DNA of 64,000 nt from Alphaproteobacteria bacterium (GCA_964291415.2 OZ219920.1:832001-896000); one strand, 5' to 3'; shown: positions 20,854 to 31,602, numbered from the stretch's first letter. Numbers and translations are program-made. Notes: generated by a model not told the origin, from the sequence alone.

Positions 20854-21450
20854 ATGTCGGCCAGAGCTGTGCGCGTGAGCGGTATCGTGGCCCTCGCGAC
20901 GGTCCTGATCGTACCTGGATCGGCCTATCTGGTTGGATCACTGACTCCGTCCGGCCCTGCCAGCATCGAGAGAGCCCTGGGGCACGTCGCCGTGCTGGTT
21001 ATCGTCATGTACTACGCCTTCGTGGGCTGTTCGGCCTTTGTCCTGTGGGCCACGAAGCAGGTCTTCAACGCATCCGATTACAGGTCCGCCGACGCGTTGG
21101 TTGCCTGGCTCTTTGGCGTGCTCGTGTTCCTGCCCCCTCTCGCGTTTCCGCTCTGGGCGTGGTTCTCGATTCTTGCGATCAGATTCGGCAGACGGGTCGA
21201 TTCGCCCCTGTGGAAAGCCATCGGCGTCATCTATCTGATTGCCGTGGTGCTGCTTGCCGCCGCGATCGCGATCGACTTCACGGACATTTACATACCCGAT
21301 CTTGACGCGTTCATGGTGTTCCTGGGACTGATACTGCTCGTCGGCTGGTTGGTGCCACGGCGTGTGCCTGATCCTCAATGCCCGCAAGCTGGCAGCGTAA
21401 GGCGTATCGCCAGCTGCCCGAAGGCAGGATCCGGACACCGGAATCCCTGA
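20854..21450 (+). CDS. hypothetical multi-pass membrane protein (probable frameshift near 21351; natural stop probably 21400)
   Basis: About 5 hydrophobic helices; a 1-nt shift gives the hydrophobic end GWLCHGVCLILNARKLAA*. Confidence 0.6.
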   Translation: MSARAVRVSGIVALATVLIVPGSAYLVGSLTPSGPASIERALGHVAVLVIVMYYAFVGCSAFVLWATKQVFNASDYRSADALVAWLFGVLVFLPPLAFPLWAWFSILAIRFGRRVDSPLWKAIGVIYLIAVVLLAAAIAIDFTDIYIPDLDAFMVFLGLILLVGWLVPRRVPDPQCPQAGSVRRIASCPKAGSGHRNP

Positions 21451-21671
21451 AGTTCCTGTCATGGATGTCGCGGGGCTGCCGGCCCGGCTTGAGGGTGTCG
21501 ACGCGATGTTGCGCGGGACGGCTTGCCGCCATAAGTTTCTCTCCCTTCCCTGTGGCGCCGAGGACACGGAGACATCCTGTTTGCGTGTTCCGGGCGTAGA
21601 AACGTGAGAGAGAAAACGGCGTTGTTTCAGGATATTGGACGTTCGTTCAACATCTCAGGTGCGGACCGGGT

Positions 21672-24355
21672 GTGATGGAACGCGACATGATGCACAAGAA
21701 CTGGGATGCGACATCGGCGGAAGGCCGTCTCTACGAGGAGTGGGAGAAGGGCGGGTCCTTTGCCATCGGCAGACGGGACAATGCCCGGCCCTACACCATT
21801 GTCATCCCGCCACCCAACGTGACGGGAAGCCTGCACATGGGCCATGCCCTCAACAATACCCTGCAGGACATCCTCATCCGCCACGAGCGCATGAGGGGCC
21901 GCGATGCGTTGTGGCAGCCGGGCACGGATCACGCCGGCATTGCGACGCAGATGGTCGTCGAGCGCCAGCTTTCTGAAGAAGGGATCGCGCGGCGCGACAT
22001 CGGACGCGAGGCGTTCGTCGACAGGGTCTGGGAGTGGAAGGAAGAGTCGGGCGGACTCATCAACCGGCAGCTTCGCCGCCTGGGCGCCTCCGCCGACTGG
22101 TCGCGCGAACGCTTCACCATGGACGAAGGACTGTCGAAGGCTGTCATCAAGGTCTTCGTGGCCCTCCATGAGGAGGGCCTCATCTACCGCGACAGGCGGC
22201 TCGTCAACTGGGACCCCGGCCTGGAAACGGCGATTTCGGATCTCGAGGTCCAGGCCCGGGAGACCCGCGGTCACCTCTGGTACTTCCGGTACCCCGTCGA
22301 GGGGACCGACGGCCTTCACGTCACCGTCGCCACCACCCGGCCTGAGACCATGCTGGGCGATACCGGCATCGCCGTTCATCCCGACGATGCCCGTTACGCG
22401 GCGCTGGTGGGGCGCCATGCCGTCCTTCCCCTGGTGGGACGGAGACTACCGATCGTCGCCGATACCTGGGCTGACCCCGAACAGGGCAGCGGCGCCGTCA
22501 AGATCACGCCGGCACACGATTTCAACGACTTCGAGGTGGGCCGCCGCCATGGTCTCGAGATGCCCAATATCCTGGATCAGCGGGCCCGGCTCAACGACAA
22601 CGTGCCGGCGCCCTACCGCGGCCTCGACCGCTTCGAGGCGCGCAGGAGGGTCGTCGCCGACATGGAGGCAGCCGGTCTCGTCGAACGGATCGATGATCAC
22701 GTGCATACCGTTCCCTATGGCGACCGCAGCGGCGTGCCGGTCGAGCCGTACCTCACCGAACAGTGGTACGCGGACGCGCGCACTCTGGCCGGTCCGGCCA
22801 TCAAGGCGGTGGAGGAGGGGCGGACCCGCTTCTTCCCGGAGAAGTGGGCCAAGACCTACTACCAGTGGATGCACAACATCCAGCCGTGGTGCATTTCCCG
22901 GCAGCTCTGGTGGGGCCATCGCATTCCTGCATGGTACGGACCGGACGGCGAGGTGTTCGTGGCGGAAACCGCGGCAGAGGCCCGTGACAAGGCGCATCGG
23001 CACTATGGCGAGAGCGTGGACCTCGTGCGTGACAGCGACGTGCTCGACACCTGGTTCTCGTCGGCCCTGTGGCCCTTCTCGACGCTGGGCTGGCCCGAGG
23101 AGACACCGGAACTGCAGCGCTACTATCCCACCGATGTTCTCGTGACAGGCTTTGACATCATTTTCTTCTGGGTTGCCCGGATGATGATGATGGGCCTTCA
23201 CTTCATGGGTGACGTTCCCTTCCGCACCGTCTACATCCACGCCCTCGTGCGCGACGCCGCCGGCGCCAAGATGTCGAAGTCGAAGGGCAACATCATCGAT
23301 CCCCTTGAGCTGATGGAGACCTACGGCGCCGATTCCCTGCGCTTCACGCTGGCCGCCATGGCCGCACCCGGTCGTGACATCCGCCTCTCGGAAAAGCGGG
23401 TCGAGGGTTACCGCAACTTCGCCACCAAGCTGTGGAACGCGGCCCGCTTCTGCCAGATCAACGAATGCCGCGCCGATGCCGGCTTCGATCCGCAGACAGC
23501 GAGGGAAACGGTGAACCGCTGGATGATCGGTGAGGTGGCGGGCCTGCGCATGCGCGTCGACGAGGCTCTTGAGGCCTACCGGTTCAATGACGCCGCCCAG
23601 GCCGTCTATCAGGGGATCTGGAATGTCTTTTGTGACTGGTATCTCGAATTCACCAAGCCGGTGTTCGAGAAGGGCGACGCAGGTGTGGCGGCCGAAACCA
23701 GGCAGACCGCCGGCTGGGCGCTCGACCAGTTGTTGACGATCCTTCACCCCTTCATGCCCTTCGTGACAGAGGCCTTGTGGCGCGAGATTGGCGGTGACCG
23801 CGACACGCCGCTTATCGAGGCGCCGTGGCCAACGGCGGATTCCGGTCTGATTGATGAGAATGCGCTGCGCGCGAGATGGACCAGGTGGTGCGTCTTGTCA
23901 CGCTGATCAGGACGGTGAGGGCCGAACTGAATGTTCCGCCGGCAAGCCGGATCACCGCCCTGGTGCGCGATGCCGATGATGAGCTCACGCGCGTGATCGA
24001 GCGCCACATGGTCCTCATCAAGCGCCTGGCGCGCCTTGATGAGTTGTCCGTCGGCGGGACCGCTGCGCCGGGTTCGGTGGAAGCGGTGTTCGATGGCGCC
24101 ACCGTGTCGTTGCCCCTTGAGGGTGTCATTGACATCAATGCCGAGATGGCCAGATTGACAAAGGAAATCGACAGGACGGGAACGTCGATCGCCGCCATGG
24201 AACGCAAGCTCGGCAACGAGCAGTTCCTGTCCAGGGCCCCGGAAGAGGTCGTGGAGGAACAGCGCGAACGCCTCGAGGCGGCGCTCCACGCTCGCCATCG
24301 CCTTGAAGCGGCCCTGGCGCGTCTCGCCGTCCCCCGGGAAGGGAATGCGCCGTGA
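21672..24355 (+). CDS. valS: valine--tRNA ligase (frameshift near 23870 in this sequence)
   Basis: [18 protein letters not shown]; the C-terminal coiled coil lies in a different frame (23876-24355). Confidence 0.95.
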
Positions 24356-25101
24356 CATCGAAGGTTCTCTACATCATTCACCATCCGGCCTGGACCGATT
24401 GCCGGGTCGCCGACACGCTGAGGACCAGGGGCTACACCATCGATCACGTGTGCCCGGCCTTCGGTGATGATCTTCCCGCACTCGATGACTATGCGGTGGT
24501 GATGGTGGGGGGCAGCGAGGAGGGCCACGTCGCCGAGCCCGACGATCCACCCTGGGTGGCCCGGGAAATCGCTTATGTGCGCGACGTCCTGGCACGGGAC
24601 ATTCCCTTCCTCGGCATCTGCATGGGGTGCCAGATTCTCGCCGGCGCCTGTGGCGGGGAGGTGGGCGGGCGGCCCGACGGCCTGTGCGAACTCGGTTTCT
24701 TTCACGTGGAGCCCACCGCGGAGGGGGCCAGCCTCTTCCGCGACTCGCGGTGTTTCTACCAGGCTCACTACGAGGGCGTCATGACATTGCCGCCGGACGC
24801 TGTCCTTCTCGCCACAGGCGAGAACTTTCCTGTCCAGGCCTTCCGCGTCGGCGAGAACGCCTATGGCGTCCAGTTCCACCCCGACGCGCGCCTCGAGAGG
24901 ATGACCCCCGAAGAGATCGCGAAGGATTCTCTCATCGGCACGAACGGTGCCCAGGGCGTCGACGAACAGGTCCGCCTGGCGCATCTCCACGAAGCGGCCA
25001 TCCAGAGATGGACCGAGGAGTTTGTCGACCGTTGGGCCGGTCCGGCAACCGACCCTTGCAGGCAAGCCCGGCCGGACAATCTCCAGGCAGCCACCGTCTG
25101 A
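24352..25101 (+). CDS. type 1 glutamine amidotransferase (GMP synthase-like)
   Basis: PFLGICMGCQ nucleophile elbow, GVQFHPD. Confidence 0.85.
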   Translation: MTSKVLYIIHHPAWTDCRVADTLRTRGYTIDHVCPAFGDDLPALDDYAVVMVGGSEEGHVAEPDDPPWVAREIAYVRDVLARDIPFLGICMGCQILAGACGGEVGGRPDGLCELGFFHVEPTAEGASLFRDSRCFYQAHYEGVMTLPPDAVLLATGENFPVQAFRVGENAYGVQFHPDARLERMTPEEIAKDSLIGTNGAQGVDEQVRLAHLHEAAIQRWTEEFVDRWAGPATDPCRQARPDNLQAATV

Positions 25102-25456
25102 CGCGCGCCCTCGGGCCGCGATACGCTCCTGCGAGTGTGCGGTTGACACTCTTCTGTGATGCCACCGACAGCCTCGCAGGACGCGTTCCGGAACGATACC
25201 GAGCGCAATCTGTCGCAGTCGACACGCATTGGAGAAGGAGTGGCGTCTCCCGCCTGGCCCCGACGCAATGGTCCACCGGATGCGCGTCGGCGTTTGGCAC
25301 ATCCGGCTGCGCTGTCAAGTCCGTATGGACTTGTAGACCGTGTATCCAGGCATGGAACAGCGTCTCCGGATCGGCTGCCGAGTGCATGGTCAACGCGCAA
25401 GCCCAGGCCTGACGGGATGACGTTGACATCTGCAACAGGCAATGTTGCGGATCGTC

Positions 25457-25728
25457 ATGATCAGGAGTTTCAGGAGCCGGGCGCTTCGGCGTTTCGCGGC
25501 GATGAACGGCGCATGCATCAGGAACACCGAGAGAGAGTGAGAGACATCTTGGTGCGCCTGAATGCCTCCATCGCTCCTGGCGACATGGATCTGCCAGGGT
25601 TCCGGTTGCATTCGCTTGGTGGGGACGATGCCGGGTCTTGGGCGGTGACAGTTTGCGCCAACTGGCGGGTGATTCTCCGATTCGAGGATGGCCATGCCGC
25701 TGATGTTGGCTACCTGGACTACCACGAG
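25457..25728 (+). pseudogene. higB: HigB/RelE-family toxin pseudogene
   Basis: MIRSFRSRALRRF, then a frameshift, then [58 protein letters not shown]; the expected stop after DYH reads GAG. Confidence 0.75.
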
Positions 25729-25741
25729 CGAGGATTCTTCC

Positions 25742-26029
25742 ATGTTGATGTACGATCCGCCACACCCCGGTGAGTTCATTCGGCGCCAGTGTCTCGAGCC
25801 TCTTGGCCTCACGGTGACAGAGGCCGCGAAGGGGCTCGCGGTCTCGCGCAACACGTTTTCGCTCCTGCTCAACGGCCGCCTCGGCATCTCGCCGGAGATG
25901 GCGCTCCGGCTGTCCGAGGCATTCGGTGGCAGTCCTGAAAGCTGGCTGACTCAGCAGATGCAATACGATCTCTGGCAGACGCAGCATGTCCGCAAGCCGG
26001 TGACTATACGCAGGTTTGCTGAGGCCTGA
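25742..26029 (+). CDS. higA: HigA family antitoxin (XRE HTH)
   Basis: [37 protein letters not shown]. Confidence 0.92.
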   Translation: MLMYDPPHPGEFIRRQCLEPLGLTVTEAAKGLAVSRNTFSLLLNGRLGISPEMALRLSEAFGGSPESWLTQQMQYDLWQTQHVRKPVTIRRFAEA

Positions 26030-26032
26030 CCG

Positions 26033-26060
26033 GCCCGGGTTCAACCGGGCGTTGTCTCTT
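26033..26060 (+). terminator. possible intrinsic terminator after higA
   Basis: GCCCGG-gttcaa-CCGGGC hairpin followed by gttgtctctt. Confidence 0.35.
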
Positions 26061-26262
26061 CAATGTCCGGCCTCGATGTGAACGAGCGGTCTGGATCGCA
26101 AGTTCAGGGGCGTCAGGAAGGAAAGCATCGCATGCCGGCCGTGGCGGCCGGCGCACGTCATGGTCATGCTCCGGGGCGCCACCACCCGGCCGGCAGTGGG
26201 GTTGGTGAAGGTCAAGCCGTGGAATCGCGGCCTGATGCTCGATCGCGTCCGGAGCGGCGTCC

Positions 26263-27388
26263 TCATTCGGGCCGTCGTTCGTCAGATTCGTGCGGTGCCA
26301 GATCGTAGCTGGTGCTGCGACCGCCGGCCGGGCCGCGCACGAGCATGCCGCGGTCTGTCAGATCGCGGATGTCCCGGTTTGCCGTGTCCTGGGAGCAGTG
26401 GTTCATCCTCGCCCATCTCGATGACGTGAGCTTGCCCTCGAAGCCGTCCAGCAGCCGATTCAGAATCTTCACCTGGCGTTCGTTGAGCACCTCGCGGGCA
26501 TGGGCTTCCCAAAAGCTGGCCTTGTTCAGGATCGCGGCAAGGGTGTGCCAGGAGGTCTCGATCGCGCGCCCGAGGCATTCGAGAAACCAGTTCTGCCAGT
26601 GGGTGGCGTCCAGGCCGCCTTTCTGGGTTGACTTCGAGGATGTCGTAGTAGGCGTCACGCTCCAGGCGGATCTGTGCGGACATGCTGTAGAAGCGTTCAG
26701 GACTGTCTTCCGAGCGGGCGAGCGCCATGTCGGCGATTGCCCGCGCGATACGCCCATTGCCGTCTTCGAACGGATGGATGGAGACGAACCAGAAATGGGC
26801 CAGGCCAGCGGCAAGTACGGGGTCCATGGTTCGTGCGCCATCGAACCAGTGGAGAAACTCCGACAACTCATTTCCAAGACGCTCGGCCGGCGGCGCGCGA
26901 TAGTGGACGCGTTCGCGGCCAATCGGGCCCGAGACGACCTGCATCGGCCCGTCTGCGTCGTCGCGCCACTGACCAATGCGGATGCGGCGCATGCCGCTGT
27001 AGCCCGTCGGAAACAGGGCTGCGTGCCATGAGAACAGCCGCTCTTCGGTCAGGGGCGCAGCGTAGTTCCGGGCAGCATCGAGCGTCATCTCTACGACGCC
27101 GTCGACGTTGCGGTCCGGTGTCGGCAGGCCGCCGGCGTCAAGACCGAGGCGGCTTGCAATGGACGAACGCACCTGGTCGGGCGCCAGGGTTTCGCCCTCG
27201 ATCTCACTCGTCTTCACGACATCCTCAGTGAGCATGCGCAACATCGCCTCGCCGCGCATTTTGAAACCCAGGGCTTCCATGCGGCCGAACAATCTCCCCT
27301 GAGCGTGACGCGTGTTCGCCAGCAGGTCGGCGAGCCGAGTGGTGTCCTGATAGAACCGTGGCCACTCGGGGCGTTGCCACATGAACAT
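26263..27388 (-). pseudogene. Fic family protein (DUF4172-Fic-wHTH), frameshifted near 26633
   Basis: WQRPEWPRF, TSEIEGE, HPFEDGNGRIAR; the C-terminus (TQKGGLD..LTSSRWARMNHCSQDTANRDI..GGRSTSY) is in another frame. Confidence 0.85.
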
Positions 27389-27396
27389 GGAATGTG

Positions 27397-27489
27397 CTCC
27401 GCATAGAGTGCGGAGAATATAGTGTGAATTCTCTGGACAAGCAATAATCACCGCATGCTCTGCGGAGATAAAGACGTTCATTCTCCGCA
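27397..27489. promoter_or_regulatory. repeated palindromic operator-like sites upstream of the Fic gene
   Basis: CTCCGCA-n5-TGCGGAG (27397-27415), ATCACCGCA-n5-TGCGGAGAT (27447-27469) and half-site ATTCTCCGCA (27480-27489). Confidence 0.6.
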
Positions 27490-27516
27490 GCCGCTCGATC
27501 CGGATGACGTGGGCAG

Positions 27517-28542
27517 TCAGGACCGTGTCACGAGGAAGGGGAGGATGAGGCAGACGGCGAGGAATCGCAGCAGTTGATGGCCGGCGACGAAGGCGGGGTC
27601 GAGACCCAGGGAAAGCGACAGGACCGTCATCATCTCGACACCGCCCGGAGCGAAGGCGAGCAGCACCTGCAGGAAGGGAAATGGCGTGATGCCGGCAACC
27701 ACCCAGGCCAGCGTTCCCGTGATGGCCACGGCCAGCACCACGCTTCCCAGCCCCGCCCTGACGCTTTCGAGCAGGTAGCGTGGCGACGTGTCGCGAAAGC
27801 GCGAGCCGATCGCCGCACCACTGACGACCAGTGCCGGCAGCATGAGTTCAAGGGGCAGGGATCCCCTGTCGAACCAGCCGGTCAGCGACAGACCGGCCGA
27901 CAGGCACATCGGGGCGAAGAATGCCGGTGCCGGGAGCCGCAGTCTTCGCGCGAGCGGAAACGCCGCAAACCCGGCGGCGACAAGGCCAAGGGCCACCGGC
28001 CACGACAGGGGCGGAACATCTCCTGATGTCTGGAGTGGTCCGGTGCCGTAGATGACCGCGAAGAGACCCGGCACCATCAGCAGCATGGTGCACAGACGCA
28101 GGATCTGCATGATGGCGACACGCCGGCTGTCGGCGCCGGTCTCGATGGCATGGAGGATGACGAAACCCATGGCGCCGGGCATGGCGCACATTCTCGCGGT
28201 CTTGCGGTCGATACCATGCAGGCGATGGAGCCAGGCCGGTATGACGGCGAGCATGATGGCGATGCCGACGATGAGGCCGGCGACGGATACCGGCCAATCC
28301 GGCAGGGACTCGAGTGTACGCCGGTCCACCGTGGTGCCGATCATGGTGCCGAGAATGACGAATGCGCCGTCGCGAAGTGACGCTGGCATGGCCACGGGAA
28401 CGCGAAGCACAGCGGCCGCGGCGACGGCGATCATGGGCCCGGCCAGCCAGCCTGCCGGAATGCCGGCGGTGCCGGCGACAACGCCTCCAGCCGTGGCGAT
28501 CGTCAAAGTCAGGGCGCACTCGCGCAGCCAGGTTGCGGTCAT
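27517..28542 (-). CDS. AbrB family membrane protein (putative ammonia monooxygenase-like family)
   Basis: Duplicated hydrophobic halves, PAGWLAGPM, LLAFAPGGVEMM, DPAFVAGHQLLR. Confidence 0.85.
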   Translation of the reverse strand: MTATWLRECALTLTIATAGGVVAGTAGIPAGWLAGPMIAVAAAAVLRVPVAMPASLRDGAFVILGTMIGTTVDRRTLESLPDWPVSVAGLIVGIAIMLAVIPAWLHRLHGIDRKTARMCAMPGAMGFVILHAIETGADSRRVAIMQILRLCTMLLMVPGLFAVIYGTGPLQTSGDVPPLSWPVALGLVAAGFAAFPLARRLRLPAPAFFAPMCLSAGLSLTGWFDRGSLPLELMLPALVVSGAAIGSRFRDTSPRYLLESVRAGLGSVVLAVAITGTLAWVVAGITPFPFLQVLLAFAPGGVEMMTVLSLSLGLDPAFVAGHQLLRFLAVCLILPFLVTRS

Positions 28543-29423
28543 GCCGGGCTTCCCTGTTTGCCACTGACGACGAGAGCGACACCGGCGACGGCAAGTGACA
28601 TGCCGGCAAGCGCCACCGCTCCCATGGTTTCACCCAGCACCAGCCACGCGATGAGGGCGGTGACCGGTGGCACGAGGAAGAAGAGGCTCGTGATGCGCGT
28701 TGCCTCGTGACGCCTGATCATGAGAGTGAGGAGCATGACCGACACAAGGGAGAGCAGCACCACGACCCACGCCAGTGCGGCGACAAACTGCCGGCTCCAT
28801 GTCACGTCCCAGCCCTCCAGCGATGCCAGCGGCAGGAAGATGACGGTCGCGGTGATGAACTGGACAAGCAGGCCCGGAAAGACATCCAGGGTCGGACAGA
28901 AGCGTTTCTGGTAGAGAGTGCCTGCCGTGATGCCCAGCAGCGAGCCCAGGCAGAAGATCATGCCGGCAACACTTCCCAGTCCCAGGGCGAGTTTGTGATC
29001 GACGACCAGCAACACGCCGATGACTCCAAGACCGAGGCCGAGCCACTGACGGCGGTGAAGGTTCTCGCCCAGCACGGGCCCGGCAAGCAGTGCGGTGAGG
29101 ACGGGCTGCAGGGACAGGATGAGGGCGGCGGTGCCGGCGCCGACTCCGGTCGACATCGCCATCCAGGCGCCACCGAAGTAGATGACCTGCATCATGAGAC
29201 CCAGGATCACCAGATGGGCCAACGCCCCAGGCGAGGCCGGCCAGACTGGCCGCAGCACGGGAAGAAGGCAGAGCATCAGAACCGAGACCAGGGAGAATCT
29301 CAGGAACAGGAAGGTGGCAGGCCCCGCTTCCTCAAGCCCCGCCCTGGCGGCAATGAACCCGGTACTCCACAGGAAGACGAAGAGCATCGGTCCGACAACG
29401 GAAAGATCGATGCGCTGTCTCAA
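28539..29423 (-). CDS. DMT/EamA family transporter
   Basis: FVFLWSTGFIAA, LQPVLTA, SLFFLVPPVTALIAWLVLGE; about 10 TM helices. Confidence 0.92.
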   Translation of the reverse strand: MRQRIDLSVVGPMLFVFLWSTGFIAARAGLEEAGPATFLFLRFSLVSVLMLCLLPVLRPVWPASPGALAHLVILGLMMQVIYFGGAWMAMSTGVGAGTAALILSLQPVLTALLAGPVLGENLHRRQWLGLGLGVIGVLLVVDHKLALGLGSVAGMIFCLGSLLGITAGTLYQKRFCPTLDVFPGLLVQFITATVIFLPLASLEGWDVTWSRQFVAALAWVVVLLSLVSVMLLTLMIRRHEATRITSLFFLVPPVTALIAWLVLGETMGAVALAGMSLAVAGVALVVSGKQGSPA

Positions 29424-29592
29424 GGGTCAGTGTCATCGACCGCGAAAAGCGGGATCATGGAAGAGGGAGCTGGCCTGGGGTCACGTCCGTCGTCGCATAG
29501 CACATCGGGTTCCCGCCGGCGACTCCGCCCCCTTGTTCCGCGCCGGGGAGACGATACGGTTCTCCCGGACGGTCACGCGGAGAACCCGGTCA

Positions 29593-30018
29593 ATGGTTGA
29601 GGAACGGCGTTTTGCAGGGGGGTGTCTTTGTGGCGGTGTCCGATTCGTGGTCACCGGAGACATGCGGGAGGTCGTCGCCTGTCACTGCGGCCAGTGCCAG
29701 AGATTTCACGGCAATTTCGCGGCCTACACCGCGTGTCCCTGGGAGAGTCTCGCCATCAGCGGTACACAGTTGCTGGCCTGGTATGAGTCATCGCCGTCGG
29801 CGAAACGGGGATTCTGCAGCAGGTGCGGATCGAGCCTCTTCTGGAAGCCATCCGCAGGTGGTTACGTTGCCGTGGCTGCCGGAGCACTCGATGATTCGCA
29901 GGATCTGAAGCTGGAACGCCACATCTTCACCGCCGACCGCCCTTCATGGTACGCCATCACCGATGATCTCGAGGCATTCCGGGGATCCATGAGCGATGTG
30001 GCGTCCGGGGCAGCATGA
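29593..30018 (+). CDS. GFA / CENP-V family Zn-binding protein
   Basis: GGCLCGGVRF, CHCGQCQR, RGFCSRCGSSLFW. Confidence 0.92.
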   Translation: MVEERRFAGGCLCGGVRFVVTGDMREVVACHCGQCQRFHGNFAAYTACPWESLAISGTQLLAWYESSPSAKRGFCSRCGSSLFWKPSAGGYVAVAAGALDDSQDLKLERHIFTADRPSWYAITDDLEAFRGSMSDVASGAA

Positions 30019-30821
30019 TGGTGATTGCCAGCCTTCCCATGTACGACCTTGAACCGCTTCGCGATGCCACCGATGCGTGGTGGCGGGCACTGGCGCAGGC
30101 CTTTCGCGAACGTGGCCTCGACGATGTTCCGGTTCGTCTTGGCAGGGGCGATCGCCACGAACACTGGTCGTCCCGCGACCTTCTTCTTTCACAGACCTGC
30201 GGCTGGCCGCTGGTGAACGCCTTTGCCGGACACCTGCAGCTCCTTGCAACTCCCCTGTATGACGTTCCCTGTTGCCAGGGAAGCGACTACTGCAGCCTCA
30301 TCCTGGTGCGTGATGCGTCGCCGGCGGCGGAACTGGACGATCTGCGTGGTCTGCGTGCGGCGGTCAACGGCGCGGATTCCCATTCGGGCTACAACGCCCT
30401 GCGGGCCACCATCGCCCCCCTCGCGACCGCCGGGGCCTTCTTCGGCGAAGTCCGGGTGTCGGGAAGCCATCAGGGCTCCGTGGCGATGGTCGCGCAAGGA
30501 ACTGCCGACGTCTGCGCCGTCGACTGTGTTTCCTTTGCGCTCATGCAGGACACCATGCCCGATGCCACAAGCGGGGTGCGGGTTCTCGCCACCACCCGCA
30601 GCGCGCCGGCTCTTCCCTATGTCACCTCGGCGCATCGTGGTGACGACGAGGTGGAAACGCTGCGAGAAGGCCTGTTGGCCGCCGCATCGGATCCGGTCCT
30701 CGATGACGTGCGACGGCGCCTCCGGTTGAAGGGGTTCGCCATCCTGCCCCTGGAGGCCTATGACCGGATCGATGCCTTTGCCGCCCTGGCACGCGACCGT
30801 GGCTACCCCGAGGTCGCCTGA
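30015..30821 (+). CDS. PhnD/SsuA/transferrin family substrate-binding-fold protein (no signal peptide)
   Basis: ASLPMYD, LSQTCGWP, AVNGADSHSGYNAL, ADVCAVDCVS. Confidence 0.8.
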   Translation: MMVIASLPMYDLEPLRDATDAWWRALAQAFRERGLDDVPVRLGRGDRHEHWSSRDLLLSQTCGWPLVNAFAGHLQLLATPLYDVPCCQGSDYCSLILVRDASPAAELDDLRGLRAAVNGADSHSGYNALRATIAPLATAGAFFGEVRVSGSHQGSVAMVAQGTADVCAVDCVSFALMQDTMPDATSGVRVLATTRSAPALPYVTSAHRGDDEVETLREGLLAAASDPVLDDVRRRLRLKGFAILPLEAYDRIDAFAALARDRGYPEVA

Positions 30822-31044
30822 GACGCAGGAGCACTGCCGGCCGGCGCAGCACTCCGCGCGCCTGGCGCATCGATGATGAACGCCGGCATGGCGAGCGCGT
30901 TGCGGACCAGGACTCCGCGTGCCCGGGGCATCGATTGCGTGCGGGAGATCACCGTGCTGATCGGCGTTCGCGCTTGCACAAGGGCAACGTGTCAAACTAT
31001 ACAGAGCGCCGCCAACCTGTGCATGTCTGGTGGGATTGAAATCT

Positions 31045-31488
31045 GTGAAGCGCAAGAACGGATGCCCGGCCAAGGCCGTCAAGTTGCCCAAGGGCTACAA
31101 GCCCCTGGACACCGAACAGTTCATGAATGCGAGGCAGCGCGAGTACTTCCGCCGCAAGCTGGTGACATGGCGAGCACAGCTCCTCCATGACTCCTCGGAA
31201 ACGATACGCCATCTCCAGGAGGACACGGTGGCCCAGCCGGACGTTGCCGACCGTGCCACGGCGGAGGTCGACAGGGCGCTCGAACTGCGCACGCGCGACA
31301 GGGAACGCAAACTGATTTCCAAGATCGACGAAGCCCTGCGGCGGATTGAACAGGGGACCTATGGTTACTGTGAGGAAACGGGTGAGCCGATCGGTCTCAG
31401 ACGCCTCGAGGCCCGTCCCATCGCCACCTTCAGTCTCGAGGCACAGGAGCGCCACGAACGCCGCGAGCGCGTTCACCGGGACGATTGA
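31045..31488 (+). CDS. dksA: RNA polymerase-binding protein DksA
   Basis: FMNARQREYFRRKL, DVADRA, ELRTRDRERKLISKID, YGYCEETGEPI; start uncertain. Confidence 0.93.
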   Translation: MKRKNGCPAKAVKLPKGYKPLDTEQFMNARQREYFRRKLVTWRAQLLHDSSETIRHLQEDTVAQPDVADRATAEVDRALELRTRDRERKLISKIDEALRRIEQGTYGYCEETGEPIGLRRLEARPIATFSLEAQERHERRERVHRDD

Positions 31489-31504
31489 GAGCGGATCACC
31501 GGTT

Positions 31505-31545
31505 GTTCACATAATGTTCTTGCGTTGAGAGAACAAACTGCGTAC
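31505..31545. promoter_or_regulatory. two alphaproteobacterial LexA (SOS) boxes upstream of recA
   Basis: GTTC-acataat-GTTC (31505-31519) and GAAC-aaactgc-GTAC (31531-31545) match the GTTC-N7-GTTC / GAAC-N7-GTAC consensus. Confidence 0.85.
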
Positions 31546-31602
31546 ATTCCCGACTCGGATACCATGATGGTGTCGTGGACAACAGCAGACCGGGAGTGAA
31601 CG

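Noticed and set aside
31045-31488. DksA lacking the four-Cys zinc finger
   Set aside because: The single-Cys form is normal in Alphaproteobacteria
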